The position numbers and the translations under genes were made by a program. A stretch of 54,395 nucleotides of DNA from a virus (taxonomy: Duplodnaviria > Caudoviricetes): the IMG/VR virus record IMGVR_UViG_3300032006_000010, positions 1 to 54,395 of that record; one strand, written 5' to 3'. Positions within the stretch are counted from its first letter, which is position 1; the number at the start of each line of letters is the position of its first letter. The notes below the pieces were generated by a model, which had not been told where the DNA came from, ran no database searches, and worked only from the letters and a program-made list of their open reading frames with translations. Shown here one piece after another: positions 25,712-37,100 of the stretch.

Positions 25712-28700
25712 TACTTTATACTCTTAGGCTTGTATACAACTCCCATAGAATAACCCCTAGCATCGCTAGCCGTAGCATCGTTCTCACCTGTAGCTTTCAT
25801 CTGTATCCAATGATTTTTATTATCAGCAGCTATAACCTTCTTTATAGTATTATTATCACCACTAGAGGAAGAACTTATATCTGTACCATTTTGCCAAGAA
25901 GTTCCATCTACTTTATAATATAGTCGTGTCCTAGGAAGGGCGTTACTATTGTTATCAATACTTGCATCAAGCTTGACATTTCTAAGCTTCTTATCCTGTG
26001 TATCGCTACCAAGGGTCAACTTTTTAGATACAAATGTCCAATTACGTTTATTAGGTCCACTAAGATACTTACATATTGTTCCGTCACTAAGTAGCAATAG
26101 GGAATGCCCATCACTAGTATAAGCACTGTCCATAACCTTGCCCGGAGTTTCCCATAGGTCCCACCTATTGTCCTGAGTATTATAAGCCCAGCACCTATTG
26201 TCGGTGTTAGTAAAGAATATAAGATAAGACTTTCTTCTAGAATCGTAACCAATAACAGAAGATTCCTTAACACTATCACTCAAACCAAGCCACCCATGAG
26301 AATCGGCTTCTAACATAGGAGTACCAACCTTCTTTATCTGCGGAGAAGCTAGATATGCATTTGTTTTATCAACCCAAAATAACCCATATGAAGTACTATA
26401 AACGCTTTTCTGCCCCATGCATCCAACGCCTTTTAAAGTATCCTCTATATACATAGACTCAGGATTTATGACAGCCATTTGCGTTGCTCCAAATACGTAG
26501 ACCTTACCCATAAACCCCGCTAATGCAGTAGGTACAAATGGCAACTGTAAAAAATCCTTAGACCAATCGAATATGGAATACTTACCCGGCTGAGAACGGA
26601 ATATAAAGTTTTCTGAATCCTCAAACTGAGTATGATTACAATTCCCAACAAATAAATAACCATTTTGTTCGGTGCTTACGGAGTAGTTCAGTGGTAGTGA
26701 GTGGATACCTTCAGATACCCCATTTATACTTCCATAAGAACCCTCTGAATAACCACTATCAATAACAGTATACTCCCATATTTGAGAAGTGCTATTCCAG
26801 TTAAATTTTACCAAGTCAATCTCTTTGACAAACCTATATAAACCATCTGGTTCAGTATCTGTTTCCAATATACTATCTGCTCTATAAAGAACTATACTTT
26901 TAACCCTTCTTGGGAGTTCTGCGCTAGCATCAATCCTTATGTTAAAGGTTATTGGTTGAGACATAACACTACCACCATCTGCAAAAGTTACATCAGCACC
27001 CATTAAAGCATTTTCTTGATAACCATCATAGACCAGAGCAACCTTGTAAAAAACCTTCTTCACAGTATCTGAACCAACCCAATTATCTGCACCAGTTTTT
27101 GCTGGAGCAGTAAATGTTAACCAATCTGTCAAGTCACCGAGTAAATTTGTAGGCTCAGTGTCTGTATCAGTCCAAGTATTACCCGCATCGGTTGCATGTT
27201 GTACTTTTATATATTTCCTAATTGTAGAGTCTGAGTATTCAGAATCATGCGGACTCATAGCAAATACCTTACTAAAAGTATTTGGTAGTCTTGGGGTTTC
27301 TATTCCGGGCCCTATAATAAAAGGATAGTCTCCCAATCTCCACCTTCTGCCGTCTCTCCAACTACCAGACCCAAGATATACGCTTTTACTATTAGGTTGG
27401 TCGTCATACTCAGCACCTATACTACCAGCTTCACCATATTTTGTGTAAACCCAAGACCTAGGATTGGGAAATATGTGAGGAAAAGTAGTTGCAATCCAAT
27501 GAGTCTGTTCCATAGACTCTTGTAACGGAGTATGGAAAGTCCTAACCCTTCTAGTGCCTGCATCTATATACATTAGCCAACTACGCATACCCGGAGAAGA
27601 ACCTTGTGAAGTTGGCATAACAACAAACTTTCTATTAACACCGCAATTAGGAGTGTTAGCTGGTGGCATATAACGATTACATATTGCTCCTCCTAACCAA
27701 TCAAACTTATCGAAAGGACTTCCTCCGGGGTAATCACGCCATGCATTATTAGAGTCGCTTGAACTGCTTATATTGTCTCGTATATGCATCAACATTGGTT
27801 GAGAAGCAACGCCAGTGGCATCTAATGGAATATTGAAGGTCGCCCAATTAACTACCCAATACGCTTTACCAGACGCAGATGTTGAATCCTGATAAACTGG
27901 ACCAAAGTAAGTATCAGCGTTTAAATCATATAACTCTTCCCATTCAGTCGCTTCAAGCAACTGACCAGTAAACATGACTGTTGGGTTTATAGTAGTTGTA
28001 TCTGTTCCATCAAGACACCCAAATACTAGATTACAATCTGCTACATGCTTCCACTTATTTTCATAGCCGTTAGTAGTTTCGGCTATATGTGTAGAGTTAT
28101 ATTGAGCGCTAGATTTCTTTAAGTAAACAAATTTTCCTGCTGCTCCGTCTTCTCCATCCCAATTAATTTTAGGAGATATTGAAACATAGGACGTTGCTGC
28201 TATTTCTCCAGCATCAGAAAGGTCATCTACGTTCTCATACTTGAACAATGGATAACTTAGTTCACCTATAGCACTAGCGGTACTAGTTGAAACAACCAAA
28301 TGAAAATCTCCAGTAGTATAATGAGTTGTGGCATGGTACTTAGTTGGAACAATTAAAAAGTCTGTAAATTTTTCCATAGCCTGTTGTTCTGGTGCATTAA
28401 GATGGATAATCTTATCTCTGTTAGCACCTTCACCTTCAACGCTACCATCATTCATACTCCAAAACTCTATGCTATTTATATATTCCTTTCCAGAAACATT
28501 CTGACCAGCGCATAAAACAGCTACACCCTTAAGTTCTCCATTTGCTGTACTAATACCAGTATCTCGTTGAGCATAATCAGGTCTAACACGTAAAGGCTGA
28601 CTTAAGCATTCAAACTTAAAAAGCTTATCATCGTCTATATTCATTACATATAGATGACTATCACCCTCCTTTATACCAATTATCAATTTAGAGCCCCCAC

Positions 28701-29370
28701 CACCATAACCATCACTTGACATTAATACAAAATCAGTGAAAGCATCTGCTTCAATAGCATCTTCTGCTTCAACAAGGTCTATCGCCTCCTGAACGATAAA
28801 CTCTGGCTTGGTAATTGTACCACTTAACCCATTGTGCGATACATATCCTGCCCACTTAGGCTTATTATTCCTGCCTGTTGCTATATATAATTCTTTATTC
28901 TTATTCTGTATATCAATACTATCAGAAGGACCAATATTAAATCTAGTATCTAACTTCTTTGGAGCTGAAGATTCATAATCCTCTATAACTCCAACCTCTC
29001 CAGACCCCTTACTAACAATAACTAAATCTTTTCTATCTGCGTGTTCTATAATACCCATATCAGTAAAAGCAGATGTTGTTTCAGATATCTTAAAATTAGG
29101 ATAAGCTATGAATGTCCAAGTATCACCATCGTTATAATCAGTTTTAGAGCCTGCAGTAAACTTTACCTTCACTCCATCACTAAGTGTTACATCGTCATCT
29201 AAAGTAATTCCAGAAACATTTGTTGCAGAACTCCAAGAGGCTCCAGCTAAACGTTTCTTCCACTGAAAAGAATCACCATCTTCATCTGTAATCTTAACAA
29301 AGAAGACAGTCTGTTTCGTTCCTGTAAAGGTTCCGCTTACAACTAGTTTATCTTCAGTATTAGTAGGCAT
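25711..29370 (-). CDS. Putative tail nozzle / stabilisation (beta-propeller-rich) protein
   Basis: Beta-rich; C-terminal GYLFVGN, GVGC, YN...RW, SKKL.LG....K motifs typical of podoviral tail tubular/nozzle proteins. Confidence 0.6.
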   Translation of the reverse strand: MPTNTEDKLVVSGTFTGTKQTVFFVKITDEDGDSFQWKKRLAGASWSSATNVSGITLDDDVTLSDGVKVKFTAGSKTDYNDGDTWTFIAYPNFKISETTSAFTDMGIIEHADRKDLVIVSKGSGEVGVIEDYESSAPKKLDTRFNIGPSDSIDIQNKNKELYIATGRNNKPKWAGYVSHNGLSGTITKPEFIVQEAIDLVEAEDAIEADAFTDFVLMSSDGYGGGGSKLIIGIKEGDSHLYVMNIDDDKLFKFECLSQPLRVRPDYAQRDTGISTANGELKGVAVLCAGQNVSGKEYINSIEFWSMNDGSVEGEGANRDKIIHLNAPEQQAMEKFTDFLIVPTKYHATTHYTTGDFHLVVSTSTASAIGELSYPLFKYENVDDLSDAGEIAATSYVSISPKINWDGEDGAAGKFVYLKKSSAQYNSTHIAETTNGYENKWKHVADCNLVFGCLDGTDTTTINPTVMFTGQLLEATEWEELYDLNADTYFGPVYQDSTSASGKAYWVVNWATFNIPLDATGVASQPMLMHIRDNISSSSDSNNAWRDYPGGSPFDKFDWLGGAICNRYMPPANTPNCGVNRKFVVMPTSQGSSPGMRSWLMYIDAGTRRVRTFHTPLQESMEQTHWIATTFPHIFPNPRSWVYTKYGEAGSIGAEYDDQPNSKSVYLGSGSWRDGRRWRLGDYPFIIGPGIETPRLPNTFSKVFAMSPHDSEYSDSTIRKYIKVQHATDAGNTWTDTDTEPTNLLGDLTDWLTFTAPAKTGADNWVGSDTVKKVFYKVALVYDGYQENALMGADVTFADGGSVMSQPITFNIRIDASAELPRRVKSIVLYRADSILETDTEPDGLYRFVKEIDLVKFNWNSTSQIWEYTVIDSGYSEGSYGSINGVSEGIHSLPLNYSVSTEQNGYLFVGNCNHTQFEDSENFIFRSQPGKYSIFDWSKDFLQLPFVPTALAGFMGKVYVFGATQMAVINPESMYIEDTLKGVGCMGQKSVYSTSYGLFWVDKTNAYLASPQIKKVGTPMLEADSHGWLGLSDSVKESSVIGYDSRRKSYLIFFTNTDNRCWAYNTQDNRWDLWETPGKVMDSAYTSDGHSLLLLSDGTICKYLSGPNKRNWTFVSKKLTLGSDTQDKKLRNVKLDASIDNNSNALPRTRLYYKVDGTSWQNGTDISSSSSGDNNTIKKVIAADNKNHWIQMKATGENDATASDARGYSMGVVYKPKSIK

Positions 29371-29621
29371 TATGCTTCTGGCTCCCCAGATGTTCCACTA
29401 CTAGTCCCACCTTGTTTGTATACTAAGTCACTATAATCAAGGGATGAAAATCCATTACCCTTTAATAGTAAATCATCAGGTATAGCTCTAAGTTCCCCTC
29501 TTCCAAGAGAATCAAGGTTTAAAGCATCAGTAGCAGCATTATCAGGGATATCTCTAGAATCAGTTGGATGAGATACAATCCCAAAATTAAAGTTCCTTAT
29601 TTCAAAATTCTGTTTAGGCAT
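29370..29621 (-). CDS. Short protein resembling the N-terminus of tail nozzle proteins
   Basis: MPKQNFEIRNFNFGI...RDIPDNAATDALNLD...GEL. Confidence 0.5.
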   Translation of the reverse strand: MPKQNFEIRNFNFGIVSHPTDSRDIPDNAATDALNLDSLGRGELRAIPDDLLLKGNGFSSLDYSDLVYKQGGTSSGTSGEPEA

Positions 29622-29626
29622 ATTTA

Positions 29627-30172
29627 TTATCCCGGAAACTTAGATTTCTTTGGTTTTAAATTAGCTCTAATTCTTCCAGAGCCATCATATTTAGATTTTG
29701 TTCCGTGTAAATATTCATCATAAAATCTTTTTCTAGTCGCTTTTTTTTGTGCGACTGTTCCACTTTTAAGATATGAATTTTTTATACTATCTAATTCATA
29801 TGCTTTTGGGACTTGAGATTTATATCTTGCTTCACCTATCTTAAGTTGAGGGTGACCTTTTTTTCCGTATTCAATCCCCCTTGCTCCCTTTGGCAACATA
29901 AATGAACTCCAGTCTTTATTTACATATTCATTTTTAATAGCTTGTTCTATAGGAGAAAGATTCGTTCTTTTACCTGTTATAAGCAATCTTTCGCTAGCCA
30001 TTTTATTCATTACTTTTGGAGAAAACCCAGTTCCTTGAGAAATTAAATTTAATTTTCTTAAATTTTCTGGATTCTGATTACCATACAATCTGCGAAAAGC
30101 CTCAGCAGTTCTAGGTCCCCATCTAAGAAATATGTTTTGACCAATTTTATATATTTTGTAAGGATTAGGCAT
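29627..30172 (-). CDS. Highly basic hypothetical protein
   Basis: 181-aa Lys/Arg-rich ORF, visibly AT-rich DNA. Confidence 0.6.
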   Translation of the reverse strand: MPNPYKIYKIGQNIFLRWGPRTAEAFRRLYGNQNPENLRKLNLISQGTGFSPKVMNKMASERLLITGKRTNLSPIEQAIKNEYVNKDWSSFMLPKGARGIEYGKKGHPQLKIGEARYKSQVPKAYELDSIKNSYLKSGTVAQKKATRKRFYDEYLHGTKSKYDGSGRIRANLKPKKSKFPG

Positions 30173-30959
30173 TTCCGTCTATAACCTTTCCCCACAAAGA
30201 GGTGACACCATCAATAATATTAACAATATGTACAGTGAAATTTCCCGATTGAAAGTAGTCAACAACTGCAAAGGCATGTGCCCAATTACTTTTTCTTCTA
30301 CCCATAAAATTATTCGCCTCATGCGACATATCCTTTAAGCATCCAATTGACCACGCAGATTTCGGTCCATCCATCTGTGTCGCAGTGGTTTGCTGAAGGT
30401 CGTGATGGTGACCATACATAACGTTGCATCCAAGCCGCAATAAGTGATTGCGAGTATGCTGTATCCCAGCGTAGTGGTTCCCGTGATAATACCATAACTT
30501 ACCTATCTTAACATACTCTCCGTTGGGGTGGTATTCATATCCACGTTGTTCAAGAAGTAGAGCGTCTTTAACTCGTAGCCCCTGTAAATAGGGGTTTTCT
30601 TCAGAAAAACTGTTGAGCCACATTTCGTGGTTTCCTTCACAAAAATGTCTTTCTTTGACTCCAGCTTTGTCGAGGGCTCTGTCAATGTAGTCCATTCCTT
30701 CATTTATTTTACCTAAATCCTCATAAACCTTTGGGAGTTGGTACTCAAGCGGTGGTCTCCTTTTTCGTTTCCACTGCCAATGAGAAACCGACTCGAACTC
30801 TCCCACATCCCCGAGGTCAATATAGAAGTCTGGTTTAATAATCTTAATTGCCTTGCATACGGCATTGATTGCCGGTTGGTCGTGCAAAGGGAAATGCTTG
30901 TCTGGTGTAATGATTCCACGTTTAGTTACTCCAACATCTAATTTGGTACTTGCTCCCAT
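30165..30959 (-). CDS. Calcineurin-like metallophosphoesterase
   Basis: PDKH, LGD, EGNHE, HG, GHHH motifs. Confidence 0.88.
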   Translation of the reverse strand: MGASTKLDVGVTKRGIITPDKHFPLHDQPAINAVCKAIKIIKPDFYIDLGDVGEFESVSHWQWKRKRRPPLEYQLPKVYEDLGKINEGMDYIDRALDKAGVKERHFCEGNHEMWLNSFSEENPYLQGLRVKDALLLEQRGYEYHPNGEYVKIGKLWYYHGNHYAGIQHTRNHLLRLGCNVMYGHHHDLQQTTATQMDGPKSAWSIGCLKDMSHEANNFMGRRKSNWAHAFAVVDYFQSGNFTVHIVNIIDGVTSLWGKVIDGNA

Positions 30960-31243
30960 ATTCTATCCAATCCTTCTAAGTCAACGAATAAGTCTACTGT
31001 CTTATCCAAATGTTTAACAGTCGTCTTCTTAGTAAATCGCAACATTCTTTCACCACAGTGATTACACTCCCAAAACAACGGACCATCATATGCAGCAAGT
31101 ATCTCAATACCCTGCACACTCCCACCAGTGCAACAATAAGGGCACTTGTGTGGTGGGTGTTCTCTCCATCTTTTAGTACCCTTAATTGACAATCCGTCAA
31201 ATAGGTTTATACCTGTTGGCTCCTTCTGTACCATCCGTACCAA
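30938..31243 (-). CDS. Zn-ribbon protein
   Basis: CPYC...WECNHC; start uncertain. Confidence 0.65.
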   Translation of the reverse strand: MVRMVQKEPTGINLFDGLSIKGTKRWREHPPHKCPYCCTGGSVQGIEILAAYDGPLFWECNHCGERMLRFTKKTTVKHLDKTVDLFVDLEGLDRIWEQVPN

Positions 31244-31683
31244 TATTTCTCCATCTTCGGTTTTCTTTTTACTAAGTTAGCATAATACTTCACTCTATAA
31301 CTACGTAGTCTCTCCGGTTCCAAACCAGACTTCTCAGCCATCGCTATTGTATTAGGTCCAATACGACCATCAACAACAGTAAACCATCCTTTTGCTGAGA
31401 TAGCTTCCTGCAATATCTTAACAGCTCTACTTCTACCCATATTAACAACCATGTCAAAATAGATAAGTTGTAAATTATCAGGTATATGGCTCACTCTAGC
31501 CTTTACCCAGTAGTCATTAAAATATATCTCAGCTGCATCATCCTGAGTAAGGTTTTTTATGTCTAGGTCTGGATATGCCCTTTTAGAGATTCCCATATTG
31601 GTTTCTCCTCCGGGGTCATTCTTATCGTTTACATAACCACCTTCGTGCTTCAATACAACTGAAACTGCTTCAGTGAAGTCCAA
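31207..31683 (-). CDS. Endolysin, glycosyl hydrolase family 108 with peptidoglycan-binding C-terminus
   Basis: HEGGYVND..DPGGETNMGI, FDMVVNMG, VDGRIGPNT, GWYRR; real start probably TTG 31683 after AAGGA. Confidence 0.92.
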   Translation of the reverse strand: MDFTEAVSVVLKHEGGYVNDKNDPGGETNMGISKRAYPDLDIKNLTQDDAAEIYFNDYWVKARVSHIPDNLQLIYFDMVVNMGRSRAVKILQEAISAKGWFTVVDGRIGPNTIAMAEKSGLEPERLRSYRVKYYANLVKRKPKMEKYWYGWYRRSQQV

Positions 31684-31684
31684 A

Positions 31685-31915
31685 TTAATCTTTTCCTTTG
31701 AACATTCCAGCAAGGATATCAGTAACAACATCAACAACCTTTTCAAAGAATATTTGCTCCTTATCTTCCGATACGAAGGGAATATCAATTTTCTTGTTAA
31801 TTGCAGTTGCAATTTTATCTGACATCTCATCAGAGGCAAGCTTACTCATCATGTCATCTTTCATTTGGTCTGCTTGCGACTCCGCCATTTCAATAAACAT
31901 CTTTTTAATATCCAT
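31685..31915 (-). CDS. Hypothetical lysis-region protein
   Basis: INKKIDIPFVSEDKE; SD AAGGA. Confidence 0.65.
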   Translation of the reverse strand: MDIKKMFIEMAESQADQMKDDMMSKLASDEMSDKIATAINKKIDIPFVSEDKEQIFFEKVVDVVTDILAGMFKGKD

Positions 31916-32062
31916 TTATGAGTCCTTTCTTATTTTTGTTATTTTATAAGCTAGGTAGACTATCGTCATAACAGCCACCATGCATTGTAAAGCAAGGCTA
32001 ACCTCTGTTAGAGATAAGCCATAATTAGCTAGACTGACGCATGCTACTTTGCAACTATCCAT
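31916..32062 (-). CDS. Small holin-like membrane protein (48 aa), not in ORF track
   Basis: MDSCKV...LALQCMVAVMTIVYLAYKITKIRK: hydrophobic core with basic tail, next to the endolysin. Confidence 0.5.
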   Translation of the reverse strand: MDSCKVACVSLANYGLSLTEVSLALQCMVAVMTIVYLAYKITKIRKDS

Positions 32063-32063
32063 C

Positions 32064-32384
32064 TCACGACCTTCCATTTATCCTTGATACTGCGCCTTTA
32101 ATTTCCATTAAGACATCAGATATATCATTCATTTCCTTCACCATATTTTCATGTCTTCTATCACGGGTCTCGTCAGAGCGATTCCATCTTTCTATCAGCT
32201 TTATAATCATGCCTTCCATATTCTCCATAGTTTCAGACTGACCCTTATTTTCAACCATAAGGTCTCCTATATCATCAGCATTCTTATGAGAACTTTTAGT
32301 TATATGATACACCATATAGACACACATTGCCCCAACAATTCCAACCATTCCTGTCTGACTGTATATTTCAAGAAATTCCGTCAT
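32064..32384 (-). CDS. Holin-like protein (N-terminal TM + coiled coil)
   Basis: GMVGIVGAMCVYMVY helix; lysis cassette context. Confidence 0.55.
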   Translation of the reverse strand: MTEFLEIYSQTGMVGIVGAMCVYMVYHITKSSHKNADDIGDLMVENKGQSETMENMEGMIIKLIERWNRSDETRDRRHENMVKEMNDISDVLMEIKGAVSRINGRS

Positions 32385-32418
32385 TTAGTCCTGCCATAGC
32401 TAAGCGACACCTCTGGGA

Positions 32419-32790
32419 TTACTTTTCAGCAATAAGCCATTCGAGAGCCATCATATCACGAGCCGTCAGGTTTGCACCATTTAGCTCAGACAGTTTTATT
32501 TTCCGCACTTTGACATCTACCTTCTCCTCTAGCATAGAGATAAGTTCCGTTTGGAACTTTTCTGCTGTACCATTAGCAAAGTTGTATTGAATCTGCCCAT
32601 TCTCTTCGTCTGAATCAACTTTTTCGCCAAACTTTTCGAGCAGTTCCTGTCGAACTTTTTCGTACGTTTCAAAATGTGGAGACAGCTCTTTACTCAACCT
32701 ACCCAATCTAAAAGCAGTTCTTGCTTTCAGAGGAGCGTCGAGTAACTTATTAATCGCTTCAATACCAGCGACTATTTCGCCTAAGACCAT
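32419..32790 (-). CDS. Hypothetical helical protein, tail-fibre-associated
   Basis: SD AAGGAG; position after the fibre genes. Confidence 0.65.
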   Translation of the reverse strand: MVLGEIVAGIEAINKLLDAPLKARTAFRLGRLSKELSPHFETYEKVRQELLEKFGEKVDSDEENGQIQYNFANGTAEKFQTELISMLEEKVDVKVRKIKLSELNGANLTARDMMALEWLIAEK

Positions 32791-32809
32791 AGTCTTTCTC
32801 CTTTTTTAG

Positions 32810-33049
32810 TTATTCTTTTTCGGCAGCGGCTTTAACCTTTGCCATTTCTGCGACAATCTCAGCAATGCGGTCATCACAAGATGCTTTTTGAGCTTCTTGA
32901 CTTGCTTTTTGCTGCTCCAACTGTCTGTAAGTCATATTAGACTTTACCTTTGGTGGTTGTGATTCTTTCTCAACAGCCACATCCTTCCAAGCATCAGCTG
33001 CTGGAGATTCAACCGCAGGAGCTGCTACTTTTGTATATTTATCAGCCAT
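32810..33049 (-). CDS. Small coiled-coil protein
   Basis: SD TAGGAG. Confidence 0.6.
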   Translation of the reverse strand: MADKYTKVAAPAVESPAADAWKDVAVEKESQPPKVKSNMTYRQLEQQKASQEAQKASCDDRIAEIVAEMAKVKAAAEKE

Positions 33050-33064
33050 TTGTTTCTCCTATTA

Positions 33065-33319
33065 TTATTCGGCAATACTGCCATTTTCGTTCCAATCCTC
33101 TGCTCCAAGTAACTCTCTAATTTCAGAGTGACTCCTCACAGCTTCTTTAGTAGTAAGAGAATTTACCGAATCTGGCATATCTCCGTCATACTTAATAAAA
33201 GTTTTTTCACCATTAAGTGATAATCGTAGTGTATCAGCACTATTTTCTAACACCTCATCATACTCTATACTATCTTTTTCAGATACATTAAACACTACAT
33301 ATTTTCTATTTTCACTCAT
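33065..33319 (-). CDS. Small tail-fibre-associated protein
   Basis: YVVFNVSE...VLENSADTLRLS..GEKTFIK; follows the LamG gene. Confidence 0.6.
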   Translation of the reverse strand: MSENRKYVVFNVSEKDSIEYDEVLENSADTLRLSLNGEKTFIKYDGDMPDSVNSLTTKEAVRSHSEIRELLGAEDWNENGSIAE

Positions 33320-33321
33320 AA

Positions 33322-34128
33322 CTAATCAAAATAAGTTTTATCATTAGAGTATATCGTATTTACTTCACTTGAAGTCAGCGCCCTATCCCATATAATAAAC
33401 TTTCCTATTTGCCCATTCCAGCACTCACCAGCTAGTTGTTGACAGCCTAAATAAATCTTTTTACCACTAATAGACCTACCGTCACTAGTTGTTTGGTCTA
33501 GCGCTCCATCTTCATAAATCTTTAAATCTGAACCATCATATGTAAAAGTTATGTTTTGCCAATCACTTTGGTCTAAGGAAATACCTGCGATATCAGACCA
33601 AGCTCCGTCATAGAACCTTGCTTTATCGCCCGAAGTCTCAGCAAACTCAAACTGATAACTGTCCATACCAAATATTCTTTCATAATTTCCTCCTTGTGTT
33701 CCTGTATGATTTACCCATACAGCAATAGTCCAAGCACTGCCCGGAGAAATAGTGTCGTCTGTCACAATATAATCATTAGTACCATCAAATTCGTAATGTG
33801 CAGGTTCGCTTGAAGTATATGAAGTTCCATTATTAACAGACATATTTGTATCATTACCATATACTGATTTCCAATTACTACTATTACCAGACCTAGCATC
33901 CCAAAAATCTACTATAGAAGCAGATTGGACACTTACAGATGGGTAATGTTGGTACCCATGCCATTCACTCATTGAGTGAGGTGCACCACCACTGTGCTCA
34001 GCAGAATGATTTAGCGTGCCATAATCTCCATCCTCAGCCTTTTTTAACTGTATAGTAGCAGTAGAACTGCGACGTAGCTCAGTATTTATCTGAGACATAG
34101 AGATTGTTCCACTAGCTGGCAGCGCCAC
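33322..34128 (-). CDS. Tail adhesin with LamG/concanavalin A-like domain
   Basis: MALPASGTISMSQINTEL fibre-tip adhesin-like N-terminus; FDGTNDY, WQNITFTYDG, WDRALTSSEV. Confidence 0.8.
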   Translation of the reverse strand: MALPASGTISMSQINTELRRSSTATIQLKKAEDGDYGTLNHSAEHSGGAPHSMSEWHGYQHYPSVSVQSASIVDFWDARSGNSSNWKSVYGNDTNMSVNNGTSYTSSEPAHYEFDGTNDYIVTDDTISPGSAWTIAVWVNHTGTQGGNYERIFGMDSYQFEFAETSGDKARFYDGAWSDIAGISLDQSDWQNITFTYDGSDLKIYEDGALDQTTSDGRSISGKKIYLGCQQLAGECWNGQIGKFIIWDRALTSSEVNTIYSNDKTYFD

Positions 34129-37100
34129 GTAGCACCTCCACTTCTTGCTTTAATTCTTTTATAGCCTCTATTAAATAACTCGTCAAGTTACCATAAGAAA
34201 CAGATTTATATTCACCATCGTGTACTAACTCTGGAGCAATAGATTCTAATTCGTCAGCTAAGACACCTGCACCGCTTTTACCATCTTTAATTCTGTCAAA
34301 TGTTACTCCACGCATTTTTACTACTTTGTCTAATGCTGAATCAATAGTATTGATATTTTCTTTAAGTCTAATATCAGAGTATGCAGTTACATCGCCAGCA
34401 AATGTGGCTGAACCATCAGAATTAAAAGTTTGCTTTGCACCATTGCCATTATATTCATATATAAAAGTATCAGATGCACCTCCTGTATTAAAAATTATAT
34501 TACTGCCTGTTCCTCTAATATTATGAAAAGCATTAGATGATGCAGAACCCCCTCCATATACACCACCCTTACTACTAAATACTATTCTGAAGTCTGCATC
34601 GGTAGAACCCAAATGAACCATATCGCCTTGAGTTACTATATCACCAGCAATTGTGGTGTCGCCATTTCCTTTTACACTAAATAAATCTGTTCCTACTGAA
34701 TAATCTCTAATATGCAAAGCTGACCTAGTACCACTAGCGGCATGAATGTATACTCCAAATCCATCTGAAGAAGTATTTTCAATCATTGCAGCATATTTAT
34801 CAGTACCAGATGCACCTTTAATATGCATTAATTGATTTGTTAAACTCGGACTACCACCACCTAAAGCTATTTTCCCACCAAATGTGGCGTTTCCAGATGT
34901 GTCTAATTCTAAATACTTTGTGTCACCTGTTCCTGTTCCCGATGTGCCATAAAATGCAAATGCTCCCTTTGTACTACTATCTACACCATAAGAGAAAAAG
35001 TCTGACCTACCTGTGTCCCCTCCTTGATGCCAAATTGCCAATGACTGTAGGCTATCACCTGCATTTTTCTGTTGTCTAAATGTTCCAACTACACATAATG
35101 GTTCAGCAAGAGTTGAGCCATTTACTGCAACATTACCAGTAAATGTGGCGTTGTCACCTAGCGTAAAGACATTATTCCCACCTGTCCAAAAGTTTAGATG
35201 GTCTGCACTAGCTGAGTTTATATAAGTATTAGACCCACCATCATAATAAATACTTTTACCTTGGTCTACCCAGATATTATCACTTGAAGATAGATTCCCA
35301 GTGACATCAACATTGCCAGTGAAATTAGCGTTACCTGCTGAATCAAATGTAGTCGTTACTGTAGCAGTTGCACCTGTCCCTCCAGTCATAAATTGAATAG
35401 CACCAGTTCTATTAAATTGAATACCACAGGACTCTTCACCAGTATTAAATCTTGCAATAGCACCACCCGAGCCTGTAATTAAATTTGAACCAATCAACAA
35501 TGAAGTACCAGAAGCATCCTCATAAGTAGATAAAGCGGCATCTCCAGTGACACCAGCCGCATTTTGAAATCTTATTTTTGGTGTATTAGAATCAGATGCA
35601 TCAAAACTGAGTAATCCCTCTGGAGCCGTTATCCCAATACCGACATTGCCAGTTGTAAAGCAATTTACACTCCCACGAAATTCTAATGGGATATTTGCAC
35701 TATTAGCATCATTAGTACCCATTATACATACACCAGTAGCAATATCGCCACCACCAGCAAAAGAAATATTTCTATTTGTAGCTGTTTTAACGGTCAACTC
35801 TGTTTGAGGACTAGTTGTCCCGATACCAACTTTGCCATCTGGAGTAACCCTCATTGATTCATCAGGGTCTCCAGAAGCGCTGGTTTTAATTATAAATTCA
35901 TTGTTAGCCCAGACTGCTACATAATAATGATGTATATCCATATAAGAAGTACCATTTGTATGTGATACTCTCAATTGTGGTGCGGATGCAGTGTTTATTC
36001 GAACTTGTCCAGCAAATGTGGCGTTTTGAGAGTCATCCAATGTTAAAGCTAGTGTTTTTGTCCCCAACTTATCGTCATTGGTTTTATCAGTATAAAAGTT
36101 GATTGCACTATATCCAGTAAGATTTAAGTAATGGTCATGTGAAACTGTTTTAGACCATATACCCTGATTATCATTTCCACCAATAGAAATAGCACCTGCT
36201 CCTCCTACTGCATTGCCACTTCTAACATTTAAAGAGGCTGAATTAGCAACAGACTCATCAAAAGAACTTTTCTTTATTACTGCTTGCCAAGTAACGCCTG
36301 ACAAACCGTGATTTCCTATATCAACCCTCCCTGTAAATGTAGCGTTTTGTGAACTGTCAAGAGTTAATGCAAGGGATGGGGCTCCAGTACTTCCTGACTT
36401 AGTATAAAAAGCTAAATCTCCAAGATTGTTAGAACCTCTATCTATATGAACTATCGCACCGCCAATATGGTCTGCTCCATCATTTGCAAAGGCAATACCA
36501 GTACCTTGACCTGTTGTATATGGTTGACGAATAACTATTGCATAATCATCAGCATCGCCTAAATCTCCGACTGCATTTAAAGCAGAAGAATTTATATCAA
36601 CATTTCCACCCGATACTGAAATATCACCAGCAAATGTGGCTGTTCCAGTTCCAAATGTTACCGCATGATTAGCTGGTGCAATTTGAAGGACATTACCAGA
36701 AGACAATTTTAGCAATTCCCTCTGAGTTCCACCTGAGTCTTCAGCTTGTAAAGCCTGAGCATTGTTCATCTTTATATACCCAGCAGTTCTAAAACCAGTG
36801 GATGAATACACATCACCAGTGAATGCAGCTGAATTATCTGATGCAGTAAGAGTAAAAAGTTTAGTAGAACCATTATCATCTGATATATAAAACTTACCAG
36901 CGTCCCATGCAGTCATTCTCCATGTTGTTACTGTGCCATTTGTATTAGCAATTTTTAATGTGCCTTCCGTAGCAGAAATATTTACATCCCCAAAAAAAGC
37001 AGTGCTTAAATCGTTATTGAATTCTACAACTCTTGCATCTGTACTTGTCCACCTTTCAAGAGCAATGCTTGGAGTGGTGGTAGTTGCTCCATCAGGATTC

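Noticed and set aside
31684-31839. N-terminal extension of the endolysin as listed (start 31839)
   Set aside because: It overlaps the upstream gene in another frame; the GH108 domain begins right after TTG 31683, which has its own SD.
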